Part shown: one piece after another, positions 46,966 through 56,381 of the stretch
Layout of the letters: each line of letters opens with the position of its first letter
Numbering within the stretch: position 1 is the stretch's first letter
IMG/VR virus record: IMGVR_UViG_2209111000_000009
Coordinates: 8,867 to 72,866 of that record
Source of the DNA: a virus
Length of the DNA stretch: 64,000 bases
Direction: 5' to 3' (one strand)
Program-made: the position numbers and the translations under genes
Notes under the pieces: generated by a model
Database searches by the model: none
The model's input: the letters and a program-made list of their open reading frames with translations, nothing else
Told to the model about the DNA's origin: nothing

Positions 46966-47259
46966 CTAACCGTACTGAATCATTGACTCTTTAGCAACCG
47001 TTTCTACAGGGCAACCATTGCTAATCATTTTAATCACTCTTGCCTCGTGATTATCAATTAGCCTTTGAAAGGATTCTATCGCGTCTTCTTTCTCGCGGTA
47101 CGTCTCACGCCACCGAATGAAGCTATCAGAGGGCAAGTGGTATATCTTGTTTACGAACTTATTCCCCTCTCGCTCTAAAACTAAGTAGTTATCAGTAGTC
47201 AGCATCTTTTCAAGCCGAAATAGATTGCCAGTTGTCATTAATGCGTTGATTGTCTGCAT
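46966..47259 (-). CDS. hypothetical protein (97 aa)
   Basis: GAGG RBS; degenerate early element at about 47284-47322. Confidence 0.6.
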   Translation of the reverse strand: MQTINALMTTGNLFRLEKMLTTDNYLVLEREGNKFVNKIYHLPSDSFIRWRETYREKEDAIESFQRLIDNHEARVIKMISNGCPVETVAKESMIQYG

Positions 47260-47332
47260 AGTGCCTCGTTATGGTGGTTGGTCTTACTATAACACCTTTG
47301 CAAAGGAGCTTAGTTATGTACCTGACAGTTTA

Positions 47333-47527
47333 CTAACGGTTATTCCTTTTTGAATTGTACCTCTGAGTTTGTGCGTACCAGGCTTTAGATACCTCGGTAG
47401 GTGTCCAACAATCATCAGGTTTTGCACCCGTCATTTCTATTGCCTCATCTGCGGTCATTTCTTCACCACAGACAGTTTGAATTTTTTCCCAGCCACTTAC
47501 ACGAATTTCCCAGTATCTTACAGCCAT
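47333..47527 (-). CDS. hypothetical protein (64 aa)
   Basis: GAGGT RBS. Confidence 0.6.
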   Translation of the reverse strand: MAVRYWEIRVSGWEKIQTVCGEEMTADEAIEMTGAKPDDCWTPTEVSKAWYAQTQRYNSKRNNR

Positions 47528-47541
47528 CTTTACCTCATTAT

Positions 47542-48018
47542 TTAAGATTTTACAATGTCTATTTTTTTCTTTTTGCCTGTTTCCGGGTTAGTATAAATTT
47601 CCCATCCTAGGGGGTACTGGCGACTCACATCTGTTGATTTTAGGGGGAAATGACAAGCACTTGTTAGTTTTCTAGCTTCCTGGCTATAGTATAGCCTAAA
47701 CAATTTTGACCTTTCAGCAGGTGTGTAATCTGACAGAATGCCAAAGTGATCACGTATTTTCAGTTTACGGATTTCGTGATGTATAGTGCCGAAACAAACA
47801 TAACCGGACTTTCTTGTGATAACCTCTATGTCTTCAATTAACTCCTCAATAGTAGCGTTTTCCCAGTCTATTATTCGCCAGCTAAGGTTTATAGCGGTTA
47901 AAGGTATTGAAGAACTAGAGACATAATAAACTGGTTTTCCCTCGAAAATCCGCTTTGTTACTTCTAGATGAGCGTAATAAGAATCATTAACCAGTAATCG
48001 GTAGGTATTTACAATCAT
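47542..48018 (-). CDS. hypothetical protein (158 aa)
   Basis: GAGGG RBS; follows the 45-bp element. Confidence 0.6.
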   Translation of the reverse strand: MIVNTYRLLVNDSYYAHLEVTKRIFEGKPVYYVSSSSIPLTAINLSWRIIDWENATIEELIEDIEVITRKSGYVCFGTIHHEIRKLKIRDHFGILSDYTPAERSKLFRLYYSQEARKLTSACHFPLKSTDVSRQYPLGWEIYTNPETGKKKKIDIVKS

Positions 48019-48037
48019 GACTTCCCTCAGTTGTTAA

Positions 48038-48082
48038 ACCTACTATAGCACCTTGCCAAAGGGTGCCTAGTAGTGCTAACCG
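48038..48082 (-). promoter_or_regulatory. 45-bp repeated element, copy 4
   Basis: 2 mismatches to copy 1; inverted orientation. Confidence 0.8.
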
Positions 48083-48088
48083 TACATC

Positions 48089-50527
48089 TTAGGTGTGGTT
48101 AACCGCCCAAGTGCTAACCCCTTTAAGGTCAGCAGGTAATAATTTGTACCCTTGTGGAGGTTCCACCGTGTTAGAGGGGGTGAGGCAAGAGGCTGTGACC
48201 TCTTTACGGCATACGGTGTCGATGTTAACATCCTCAAACCACATACCAATCGTCGGCATCTGATACAGCCCTAGCGCCTCGTGTAGCGCTGCCCAAGTAA
48301 AGGCGTGGGCTTGTTGAATTAACTCGGTAGCCATCTCTACCTCGTGGTCAGGGGCAACTATCATAACCTCATCATGGCGCGTCCAAGCAATAAAAGCGCT
48401 TAGTCTAAAGTGCTTACACAGGTAGGCAAAACCCGTGCAGAGCAGATCTAAACCGTCCCGAGCCGTGGCTTGAATGATAAAATTGTTTCTGGTTGTGGCA
48501 TAATCACGCCCTACATAGAGGGGCATCAAAGGGTCTGGCATCTCACGCCGTAGCAAAGGGGTGCGAGGGCGATCACTGTTGGCAATAGCTGCGATCGCGT
48601 TAACAGCGTCACTGTCAGTGCCACCGACATATATCCGCTCATCATTCACGTATTGTCCCGTACCTCGCTTAAAGGTTATAGCCTCTCGTGCAATTGCTTC
48701 TGCTTCACTAGGGGTTAAGTGAGGGCAATTAAGCCTAATCGTGTTACTAACCGAAGGTACACCCGCACCATATTGCATGGCGTAGACGATGTTTTTACTC
48801 GTATCACGGTTGATAGGTGAGCCAGCCTTGGCGGTCAGATTAGCACTGAGCATAGAATGCCCATCAGTGCCTTTTGATTTGTCACCTGCAATGCCCGCTC
48901 TGCTCATAGGTGTCCCGCCTACTTTACCTACTCTCCCGTCGCCCAGAGTCCACGCAATACGCAATTCTTGGCTTGAGAAGTCGGCTATCACTAGCTTATG
49001 CCCAGGTGGTGCCTGTATTCGGCTTTTAAGCTCAGAACCGATACGCCCCGGTTTACTACCCTTGGGTGGCTTAGGGTCACAAGTAGTAAGCCAAAGTGGT
49101 TCGGTCACGCGCCCCGTAACAGTGCCGCCACCTGTTAGAGGTACTACCCACCCATCTTGAACCCTCACGCCTAACGCTCGACTCCTTACCGATGTCCAGT
49201 AGGCCACTGAGTAGGCCAAGTCTACCAGTTTTTGGCATTTAGGGTCGCTTGAGGACAGCACCCCGGACTCGAAAGCGGAGTTAAAGTCTTTGCTGAACAA
49301 GTAGCCTACGTTACCGTTAGACCCTTTAGGGTGAGGTATAGAGCCATCCGTGGTGTAGTAGCCTTGCTTTCGTGACCACATAACAGGCTTGCCCAAGTAG
49401 CGCATTTTGAGCAATATGTGACCCATAACTTGATGGATGGAGAATTCACCGTCACACTTACGATACCATTCAGGGTATCCTTTAAGCTTCCGAGTACGGG
49501 GCTTGACTGTCCAATCTACCATCAGGTGCCAAGGGTCTTTAGGGTCAAAACCTTTGGCTACCCAGTCCTCTGCGATTGCCTTCAGCGCGTCGGCAATCTC
49601 TTGTTGTGCTTTTTCGTACACTCGCTCTGTATTAGCTAACCACTCCTCCCAGTCGGGCGCGATCGGTAAGCGATAACTGTTCGCCACGATCGCGCCCCAG
49701 AGAGACGCCGAATGAGGTGCCTTACCTTTCCAAAGGAACCAGAGTACCTTAAGCACCTTATGGGTAACTCGCACATCTTTAGCACAGTAGGCTAATAAGC
49801 TGCACCATACGGGGTGTAGCTCCTCATAACTGTCAGCTTCTACAAACAGGTTGCGCTCAGTTTTATCCAAGGACTCTCCGAGGTAAAACTCGGCGGTGTC
49901 GCTCAAGCTTTTGTAATTACCTTTACCGAACCCTTTGAGCGCCCAGAAAGGCAAAGTATGCTTAGGTTTGTCAGAGTAGCAGACCCACTGCTGATCTGTA
50001 CAGAATCCGCTAACTTGGGTAGCTAGTACCTGAGTATCTAGTGCCATTACCGGGCCTTGCACCAGTGCCGCATCAAAAGAGACGTTATGCCCGATTATCA
50101 GCGAACCAGGTAAGAGTTTAATATACTCACCTACCTTTGGAGTCTTCCAACAGTACCAAACCCCGTTAGACCCTAAATAGGTAGCCATTACTGGGTAGCC
50201 TTTAAATTTAACCAATGTCTCAGCGTCAAATACACCCACCTTAGTAGGGGGGGTTTCAATAGGTTCGTAAGTACCCATCACCGACCAACCGATCGGTTGA
50301 GATGCCCAGTCAGTAGCAAGGGGTATAACGTACTCACTGATCTTGAGAAGGTCTAGGAGTTCGGTCATAAAAGGGGCGAGTAAAGATTGAGCCATTCGTT
50401 CAAGGCTAGCTAGAACCCCTTCTTTAGCTAGCTGAAGCACAGGTGGTTCTGGGTGCGCGTCAAACTCGGTCGGGCCTTGGTAGGGTTGCCCAAGAAACAG
50501 ACGGTTATGGGTGAACTGTGTGACCAT
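48089..50527 (-). CDS. polA: family A DNA polymerase, mitochondrial Pol-gamma-like
   Basis: Exo motifs FDAET, GHNVSFD, YCAKDV; GTVTGR..EPLWLT; RIGSELK..IQAPPG..ADFSSQELRIA; KNIVYAMQYGAG; HDEV. Confidence 0.92.
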   Translation of the reverse strand: MVTQFTHNRLFLGQPYQGPTEFDAHPEPPVLQLAKEGVLASLERMAQSLLAPFMTELLDLLKISEYVIPLATDWASQPIGWSVMGTYEPIETPPTKVGVFDAETLVKFKGYPVMATYLGSNGVWYCWKTPKVGEYIKLLPGSLIIGHNVSFDAALVQGPVMALDTQVLATQVSGFCTDQQWVCYSDKPKHTLPFWALKGFGKGNYKSLSDTAEFYLGESLDKTERNLFVEADSYEELHPVWCSLLAYCAKDVRVTHKVLKVLWFLWKGKAPHSASLWGAIVANSYRLPIAPDWEEWLANTERVYEKAQQEIADALKAIAEDWVAKGFDPKDPWHLMVDWTVKPRTRKLKGYPEWYRKCDGEFSIHQVMGHILLKMRYLGKPVMWSRKQGYYTTDGSIPHPKGSNGNVGYLFSKDFNSAFESGVLSSSDPKCQKLVDLAYSVAYWTSVRSRALGVRVQDGWVVPLTGGGTVTGRVTEPLWLTTCDPKPPKGSKPGRIGSELKSRIQAPPGHKLVIADFSSQELRIAWTLGDGRVGKVGGTPMSRAGIAGDKSKGTDGHSMLSANLTAKAGSPINRDTSKNIVYAMQYGAGVPSVSNTIRLNCPHLTPSEAEAIAREAITFKRGTGQYVNDERIYVGGTDSDAVNAIAAIANSDRPRTPLLRREMPDPLMPLYVGRDYATTRNNFIIQATARDGLDLLCTGFAYLCKHFRLSAFIAWTRHDEVMIVAPDHEVEMATELIQQAHAFTWAALHEALGLYQMPTIGMWFEDVNIDTVCRKEVTASCLTPSNTVEPPQGYKLLPADLKGVSTWAVNHT

Positions 50528-50571
50528 AGTAAAGGTGTGCTAGTATAAGAGGGTTGGTACTTTGTAGAACA

Positions 50572-50736
50572 ATGGAAACAATTAAAGCGCTGTGCGTGTA
50601 CTTTGAACTTTGCCTGGTACACCCTTGTTTACACGCACAGTACATTAAGCAAGAATTTGGCGGTGAGGATAAGTTTTGGGATGCTTTAGAGAGTACGGGG
50701 ATAGACCTACCCTACGTCAAATCAACAGTGTCCTAA
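50572..50736 (+). CDS. possible small hypothetical protein (54 aa)
   Basis: ORF in an otherwise empty gap; weak support. Confidence 0.4.
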   Translation: METIKALCVYFELCLVHPCLHAQYIKQEFGGEDKFWDALESTGIDLPYVKSTVS

Positions 50737-51035
50737 ACATCCCAATAATCCCATGCCTCGGGTGGGTGATTAGCATAAAAGTGCTGGAAACCCTCCTCTG
50801 TGTCGGCATAAACTTCATCTTCAAAGTCTCCCCAGACTTTACCGTACAATGGGTGCGTCGCCTCAAACTCATTCATATAAGTCCAGTAATCCCCCGTTAC
50901 TTCACCTTTAATAGTCCAACCGCTAGAAAAAGTCTCCTCGTGGGACGTTCCACACTGAATGTCATCAAATGGCAAGGTTAAAGCACCACCCTCCGAGTAA
51001 AAATCTTTGTCCTCGCCATATTCTTTGGTAATCAT
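50733..51035 (-). CDS. hypothetical acidic, aromatic-rich protein (100 aa)
   Basis: Intact ORF; no motif recognised. Confidence 0.6.
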   Translation of the reverse strand: MITKEYGEDKDFYSEGGALTLPFDDIQCGTSHEETFSSGWTIKGEVTGDYWTYMNEFEATHPLYGKVWGDFEDEVYADTEEGFQHFYANHPPEAWDYWDV

Positions 51036-51088
51036 TTAGCTTTTTTCAACTCAACATCTTAATCATAGAGATTATTGAGTTTAAGTAA

Positions 51089-51106
51089 AGTACGGTTAAC
51101 CGTACT
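51089..51106. promoter_or_regulatory. perfect 18-bp palindrome AGTACGGTTAACCGTACT between divergent genes
   Basis: Two back-to-back GTACGGTT half-sites; 1-mismatch copy at 46959-46976. Confidence 0.7.
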
Positions 51107-51125
51107 AGCCACCCTTTGCTAAGGT

Positions 51126-51467
51126 GTGACAGTATATAGGAAATTCACAATAATAGTTATGGAAACTGACACTAACGATTTACTGAGACAAGCAGCGCCT
51201 TACTCTCCAACCCTCAGGGCATATTTAGCCAACCAAAACCCTCTGGTAGTCACATTAATGCTTCGCCCAAAGTCTTTTCGAGGGGTAGACAGTTACTGGG
51301 CATACGGTGAAGATGCCATCAAGGTAGCCAATAACACTGACTTGGTGCTGCATTATATGGAAGTTGAGGGCTTACGGATTCCGTCGGTAAGTGTCCCGCA
51401 CTACGGTGTAGATTTCTACCGCCGAGAACTTACTCGAAAGGGTGTTAATGCTACATGGGTGTGCTAA
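51126..51467 (+). CDS. stand-alone MutS domain I-like protein
   Basis: DSYWAYGEDAIKVA...L.L......IPSVSVPHY....Y..EL..KG parallels MutS-I GDFYELFGEDA...IPMAGVP. Confidence 0.6.
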   Translation: MTVYRKFTIIVMETDTNDLLRQAAPYSPTLRAYLANQNPLVVTLMLRPKSFRGVDSYWAYGEDAIKVANNTDLVLHYMEVEGLRIPSVSVPHYGVDFYRRELTRKGVNATWVC

Positions 51468-51558
51468 AATAGCTTGCAGGTTGAACTTTTCTAGAAACTA
51501 AAATTTGGTGACGCCGTAACAAAAGGGATAAGCCCAGGGGTAGTCGTAAGACTGCCGC

Positions 51559-51585
51559 AGAAAACCTTCTTTAGGGAGGTTTTCT
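51559..51585. terminator. hairpin between convergent genes
   Basis: AGAAAACCTTC-TTTAG-GGAGGTTTTCT. Confidence 0.6.
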
Positions 51586-51589
51586 TGTA

Positions 51590-52000
51590 TCAGGATTCAA
51601 CCCAACGTAGGTAGGCATTAGCGAAGCGCTTCCCGTATTTGCGACTTTCGAGGCAGTTCAAAGCCCACTCCGGTATGCCTCTTAAGTCTGACTCCTCGCC
51701 CCGGGTTATGTTTTCAGAGTCCTCCTCAAGCTCGATCAAGGTAGTCTGCATAGGTGGCTGGTTGCGCGGGGTTTTTATCAAGTTCATCTCATCACGCAGA
51801 CAATGACGCATATAACCCCTAAGAGACTTAATCACGTACACTTTCTTAGCCTTATCTGGGAGGTCTGGGTTAATTCTTGCCAGTAACGCAGGGATGCGAG
51901 GGTGACAATAGCTTACTAAGTCTTGATAATTTAGGCGGTGCTGAGCCGCCAAGTGCGCGGCTGTAATCTTGGTGTAGATAAGGGCTTGTTTAACATCCAT
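51590..52000 (-). CDS. truncated sigma-70-family factor (region 2 only; SigF/SigB-like)
   Basis: YQDL...ARINP....VYVIKSLRGYMRHCLRDEMNLIKTPR resembles sigma 2.1-2.4 (IRG.I.HYLRD....IR.PR); no region 4 HTH. Confidence 0.6.
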   Translation of the reverse strand: MDVKQALIYTKITAAHLAAQHRLNYQDLVSYCHPRIPALLARINPDLPDKAKKVYVIKSLRGYMRHCLRDEMNLIKTPRNQPPMQTTLIELEEDSENITRGEESDLRGIPEWALNCLESRKYGKRFANAYLRWVES

Positions 52001-52002
52001 AA

Positions 52003-52011
52003 GGGTATATT
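52003..52011 (+). promoter_or_regulatory. GGGTATATT box upstream of terminase
   Basis: Same first 9 nt as the late 15-mer. Confidence 0.5.
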
Positions 52012-52041
52012 GTTATAGTTAGTATACCTGTTAATTATATC

Positions 52042-53271
52042 ATGCGAGATAGTATAAGAGCTTCGCTTTTAAAGTTTTTAGTAGCCTCCAACCCAAAGTA
52101 CATCCCGACTAAATTTCATATTTATTTAGCTAATTTGGTTCAGGACAGAGTAGAGAAGGGCGGTGCGCGTCTTTGTGTATCTGTCCCCCCTCGTCATGGT
52201 AAGTCTGAGATAATTTCTAGAGGGTTGCCAGCTTGGTTTTTAGGGCATCATAATGATGCTGAGATAATGACAATTAGCCACAACTCTAATTTAGCAAAAA
52301 GTTTCGGTAAAAAAGTGAGGGCTATGATGTCTAGCCCTTTCTATGCCCAGATTTTTCCTGGTTGTGCCTCGGTTGGTTCAGGCGTAGCAGGGGAGGACTG
52401 GGAAACAGAAAGCGGGGGCATTTACAAGGGTGAGGGGGTTGACGGCTCTATAACCGGGTTCGGGGGGGATTTACTTTTAATAGATGATATTGTAAAAAAT
52501 CGCAAACAAGCCCATAGCCCCGCATTTCAGAAACAGACTAGGGATACATTTGGCTCAACTCTCTTTACTCGCTTGGAACCTGACGCCACATTGATAATAA
52601 TTAACACCCGCTGGACTGCTAACGATTTAATAGGTTTTACAGCCGGAGAGTTAGGATGGGAGTATGTGAATCTACCCGCGATCGCCTTAGAAAACGACCC
52701 GATGGGCAGACTACCGGGGGAGGCTTTATGTCCCGATAGATATGATATTGATGCCCTTTTGGAGAAAAAGAGCATTCTAACCCCCTATGACTGGGAATCG
52801 CTTTATCAAGGTATACCCCCTGATGAAGTTAAAAATCAAACTTACAAAATAACCCCCGAGGACTTAACGCCTTTAGTGGGGGTTTGGACTAGCGATCGGG
52901 TGCTGCTGTTTAACGGCGAAGCTTGTACCCACATCGGGGCGGCTGAAACACTTTCGGAGTTGGAGACGTGGTTAGAGACTTTCGGAGGCAAACAGTTACC
53001 TGTATTTTGTTCAGAGACAGGGGTTGCTAATCACCCGCACACCAAAGAGGTACTACCTAACCTTGCCTACCACCCCTTACTAGACGGGTACTTGCCCCCT
53101 GTAACTTTAAGTTTTCCGATTGGTGCAATAACCCCCCGAGACATTCAAGCCGCCCGGTACTACATGACCTTACCAAAGGTGGCAGAGTACAAACCCGGGC
53201 GGCTTGGTTTAGGGATGCTACTCGGACGCCCCCCTAGCCCCCAACTGATTGTCAACCCCTACCAGCGGTAG
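52042..53271 (+). CDS. terL: terminase large subunit (ATPase intact, nuclease domain not recognisable)
   Basis: VSVPPRHGKSE (Walker A), LLLIDD (Walker B), INTRW..NDL, WESLYQ. Confidence 0.85.
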   Translation: MRDSIRASLLKFLVASNPKYIPTKFHIYLANLVQDRVEKGGARLCVSVPPRHGKSEIISRGLPAWFLGHHNDAEIMTISHNSNLAKSFGKKVRAMMSSPFYAQIFPGCASVGSGVAGEDWETESGGIYKGEGVDGSITGFGGDLLLIDDIVKNRKQAHSPAFQKQTRDTFGSTLFTRLEPDATLIIINTRWTANDLIGFTAGELGWEYVNLPAIALENDPMGRLPGEALCPDRYDIDALLEKKSILTPYDWESLYQGIPPDEVKNQTYKITPEDLTPLVGVWTSDRVLLFNGEACTHIGAAETLSELETWLETFGGKQLPVFCSETGVANHPHTKEVLPNLAYHPLLDGYLPPVTLSFPIGAITPRDIQAARYYMTLPKVAEYKPGRLGLGMLLGRPPSPQLIVNPYQR

Positions 53272-53568
53272 GCTCATCAAACCCTTGGTGATAGCGTCAG
53301 ACTGTTCTAAGAAATAGATGCTATCAGTCCTTAGTTTCTCAACATCTACAGGCTGGGTGTAAAAGTCAGTACGACCTAAAACCCCCCTGAAACTTATTGT
53401 CTCTGTAGCTTCGTGTACCTCTAGGTGAGAAATGTGTACATGAGACAACAAAAACAGGCTCAACCTCGTAACATACTTACCTGTTTTATCAAAACTTTCT
53501 GATATTACTTGCAACAGTCGGCGCTGCACTTGTCGGTACACAGAATCATAATTGGGGGTGCTAGTCAT
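53218..53568 (-). CDS. hypothetical protein (116 aa)
   Basis: Intact ORF convergent with terL. Confidence 0.5.
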   Translation of the reverse strand: MTSTPNYDSVYRQVQRRLLQVISESFDKTGKYVTRLSLFLLSHVHISHLEVHEATETISFRGVLGRTDFYTQPVDVEKLRTDSIYFLEQSDAITKGLMSLPLVGVDNQLGARGASE

Positions 53569-53645
53569 TGTTTTAAGGTGTGTTAAGAGTGCTAAACGTA
53601 GAAAGATACCCCTGAAGTGCAGGGGTCTTAAAGGCTTAATTAAGC

Positions 53646-54668
53646 CTATGCTTGGTTATGGCTGTCATAAAGATTGTTGACCCGTAGTAGATCCGAGACA
53701 AGGTTTTCGGCGGACGCGATCGCAGTGGGGCTGAGAGGCTTAGGAGCGATAGGCAGCACCACCAGGTATTTATCCCCTATTTCTTTGATAGTTTCCAAAG
53801 CCTCTTCTAGGGTGTCAAACTCCCATCGAAAGTTAGCATCTGTAGTTAGCGCCCAGCCTTCATCAGTGTCACAACCGTCAGCAAGGTATTCAGTGACTAA
53901 CACGCTATATCCGTCTAGATGCGTCTCAGACTCCCGCAGCACCACAAAGGTAGTGCATTCTAAGTAGTGAATGTCATTGACCGTTAAAGCTTCAACCACT
54001 AAGCGTTTATCCGCTTCAGTGGCTTTTAAAGCCTCGTCATAGCTGCCAAATTGACAAGCCTCAAAAATGTCATTTGTTATATAAAATCCCCCTACATCCT
54101 CAACCTTCTTTGCCAAGTATTTACTGTATCCCTCCTCGACCTCTAACCGCACTACAAATTTAGAGGCGTTCTTAAGTAAGGGTGGTAGTTCACCCTTCAC
54201 AGAGTCTTTAGCTATAGGGACTACAACGAGAGTGTCATCAGCCCAACTTCTACCCCCGTAAATGCGTAAGATATCACTTAATACCTCATTAGCGTGTTCA
54301 CGGCTGGTAAAGTTAGCGCGTTCCTCTTGTCTAGTAGTGAGTGACCACCCACCGCCGTCTTTCTTAACCCACTCTACAAAGTGATAGCTTGTTCGGATGA
54401 TACCATAATGGCGGGGCAAGTGTAGCTCGGGTTGGTTTTCACTATCTTGAACCGCAATTAATTCTATTTCAGTTTTATTGTCACAGGGTGAAGTATAAAT
54501 GGCACTCTCTTTAATGAGCCATTTACCTACTAAGAACTTAGAAACTACGGCGTCAACATAATTTGTGTCGTCTATTCGGTAGACAGACATAAAACCTAAG
54601 TAAGCTGGTACTTCTGGGTACAAATCAGTGACGGTACCGATATTTAAAGGCTGTGTAGTTAATTTCAC
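53646..54668 (-). CDS. hypothetical protein with three GW.LT.D....F.S.EEA-type repeats
   Basis: Repeats visible in the translation; follows a degenerate 45-bp element at about 54689-54733. Confidence 0.65.
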   Translation of the reverse strand: MKLTTQPLNIGTVTDLYPEVPAYLGFMSVYRIDDTNYVDAVVSKFLVGKWLIKESAIYTSPCDNKTEIELIAVQDSENQPELHLPRHYGIIRTSYHFVEWVKKDGGGWSLTTRQEERANFTSREHANEVLSDILRIYGGRSWADDTLVVVPIAKDSVKGELPPLLKNASKFVVRLEVEEGYSKYLAKKVEDVGGFYITNDIFEACQFGSYDEALKATEADKRLVVEALTVNDIHYLECTTFVVLRESETHLDGYSVLVTEYLADGCDTDEGWALTTDANFRWEFDTLEEALETIKEIGDKYLVVLPIAPKPLSPTAIASAENLVSDLLRVNNLYDSHNQA

Positions 54669-54750
54669 GGTATTACCTTAAAGGATGTGCCTACTATAGC
54701 ACCTTCGCAATGGTAGGGTAGTAGTGTTAACCCCACCAAGAAAGTAGTGT

Positions 54751-54996
54751 TTACCGTACCGTGTAGCTGGCTACGAAAGCGTCAACAGCGGCGCGCTGCT
54801 TAGGGGTAAGCCTGTCACCGGGGTATACCTCAAAGTCAAAATGGTTGTAACAGTACCCAACTAGCTCAATTCTCGCCCTGTCACCTTGGGTCGGTATACG
54901 GGAAATGATTTCTGAGACAATCTCTTGTATAAAGGTATCTGACCGTTCCGAGTTTCCAACAGGGTTGCTAAAGTAGTCGTCAACATCATAAGCCAT
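54751..54996 (-). CDS. hypothetical protein (81 aa)
   Basis: GAGGGG RBS; degenerate element at about 55018-55055. Confidence 0.6.
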   Translation of the reverse strand: MAYDVDDYFSNPVGNSERSDTFIQEIVSEIISRIPTQGDRARIELVGYCYNHFDFEVYPGDRLTPKQRAAVDAFVASYTVR

Positions 54997-55187
54997 AGCT
55001 ATCCCCTCAAAGGTTTTGCCTACTCTAGCACCTTTCCAAGGGTTGCTAGTAGAGGGTATGACCCATTACAGTCAACAATCTTTGAGCATAGGACTTTGAC
55101 AACTCAACAGGGGTGCAATCGTTTCTAACAAATAGAAAAAAGCGAGCTTTCTTGCCCGCTTTAATGACCTTAATTACAGGCGTCCCT

Positions 55188-55508
55188 TTAAATCTCTGAA
55201 TTTTCATTACTTATAGGGGTTTTAAAGGGCCAAAGCATAGGTTCAAACCACTTCACCCTTTGCTGACGCTTAATCTGCCTTATCAGTCGAGGGGTTAAAC
55301 CTTTAGACCGGGCATAGCGCCAGTAAGGGCCAGCATTAAACCGCCGTTGCAGAGTCAGCGTATCCTCTACCGTTAACAACCTTGATGGCCTGTTGTCATG
55401 AAAGTGTAACTCCCCATAGCGATAATTTTTCAAGGTTAAATAGGCACCTGCTATCTCTGATAATGGTATGCCTTGAAAGCGGCGTATCGGCATCTCAAAA
55501 CGTCTCAT
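55188..55508 (-). CDS. hypothetical basic protein (106 aa)
   Basis: GGAGG RBS. Confidence 0.6.
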   Translation of the reverse strand: MRRFEMPIRRFQGIPLSEIAGAYLTLKNYRYGELHFHDNRPSRLLTVEDTLTLQRRFNAGPYWRYARSKGLTPRLIRQIKRQQRVKWFEPMLWPFKTPISNENSEI

Positions 55509-55728
55509 ATTTCCTCCAAAAGTTAAACCCCCGAAGACGGGGGCGGTTGTTTACCAAACAGCAGGTATGTTGTGCAGAACTACTTTAATACTGAGTGTCA
55601 GCACTTCCCATCTTAACCAATAGATAATCTCGTAATCAGTTGATGATGTACAGTATCGGTAAAAACAGTACAACCAATTCAAAGTCAATACAATTTGCAG
55701 GGAATTCAAAAAAATTTCAAGCATTAGG

Positions 55729-55920
55729 TTAACCAGTAATTAAGGGCAAGAAAAAGTCTGCTAACAAGTTCAGAATCTGCGGTAGACACGAAAGAAGGAC
55801 TAACCGCGTGAGCCATTTAAGGCGCTCAGTATCATTAGGGGCGAACCAGTACCGCCACATCAAGTAAACCGATAGGAAGAAATAAGCGAGTAGTAGACCG
55901 AAAAACAGGTGGTTAAGCAT
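55729..55920 (-). CDS. small two-TM membrane protein (63 aa)
   Basis: MLNHLFFGLLLAYFFLSVYLMWRYW...; start 1 nt after the upstream stop. Confidence 0.55.
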   Translation of the reverse strand: MLNHLFFGLLLAYFFLSVYLMWRYWFAPNDTERLKWLTRLVLLSCLPQILNLLADFFLPLITG

Positions 55921-55921
55921 C

Positions 55922-56113
55922 TTATTCGACGGGGGTAATGTTAAGGGCAAAGTCTGAGAGTTGGGCGCGAATCGCTTGGGCGCGAGGGCTACTGACAAAC
56001 TCCCAAGCGCGATCGTAATTGTCTACGAGGCACCAAGCCCCGTTTAGGTCTTTGCCTACCCATACCCGCTGCCCTTTCTCAACCTTGGTCAGTACGAAAC
56101 TTTGTTCTATCAT
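55922..56113 (-). CDS. hypothetical protein with one W.L...AWEF repeat-family unit
   Basis: GAWCLVDNYDRAWEFVS. Confidence 0.6.
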   Translation of the reverse strand: MIEQSFVLTKVEKGQRVWVGKDLNGAWCLVDNYDRAWEFVSSPRAQAIRAQLSDFALNITPVE

Positions 56114-56379
56114 TTCAAAAAAACCTGTAATAGTAGTTCAATTTCCGGGGTGGTAAACCAACATGGATTATAATCCTCCGTGTCTATAACTAAAAGCTCG
56201 TTTTGTCTAGCTATCCAAAATCCGTCTCCTCTGGCCCACCCATAAAAAGCTTGATAACCTCTGAACTTTAAGCCGCAAAGTGCTACATACGCTCTATGAT
56301 ATTTAGGTTCAGTAAATTGTTTGTTTCTTAGCTCTTCCTCAAGCTCTTCTATTGTATAAACTTTTTGTTCTGTGTTCAT
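56110..56379 (-). CDS. hypothetical protein (89 aa)
   Basis: ATGA overlap. Confidence 0.6.
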   Translation of the reverse strand: MNTEQKVYTIEELEEELRNKQFTEPKYHRAYVALCGLKFRGYQAFYGWARGDGFWIARQNELLVIDTEDYNPCWFTTPEIELLLQVFLK

Positions 56380-56381
56380 AG

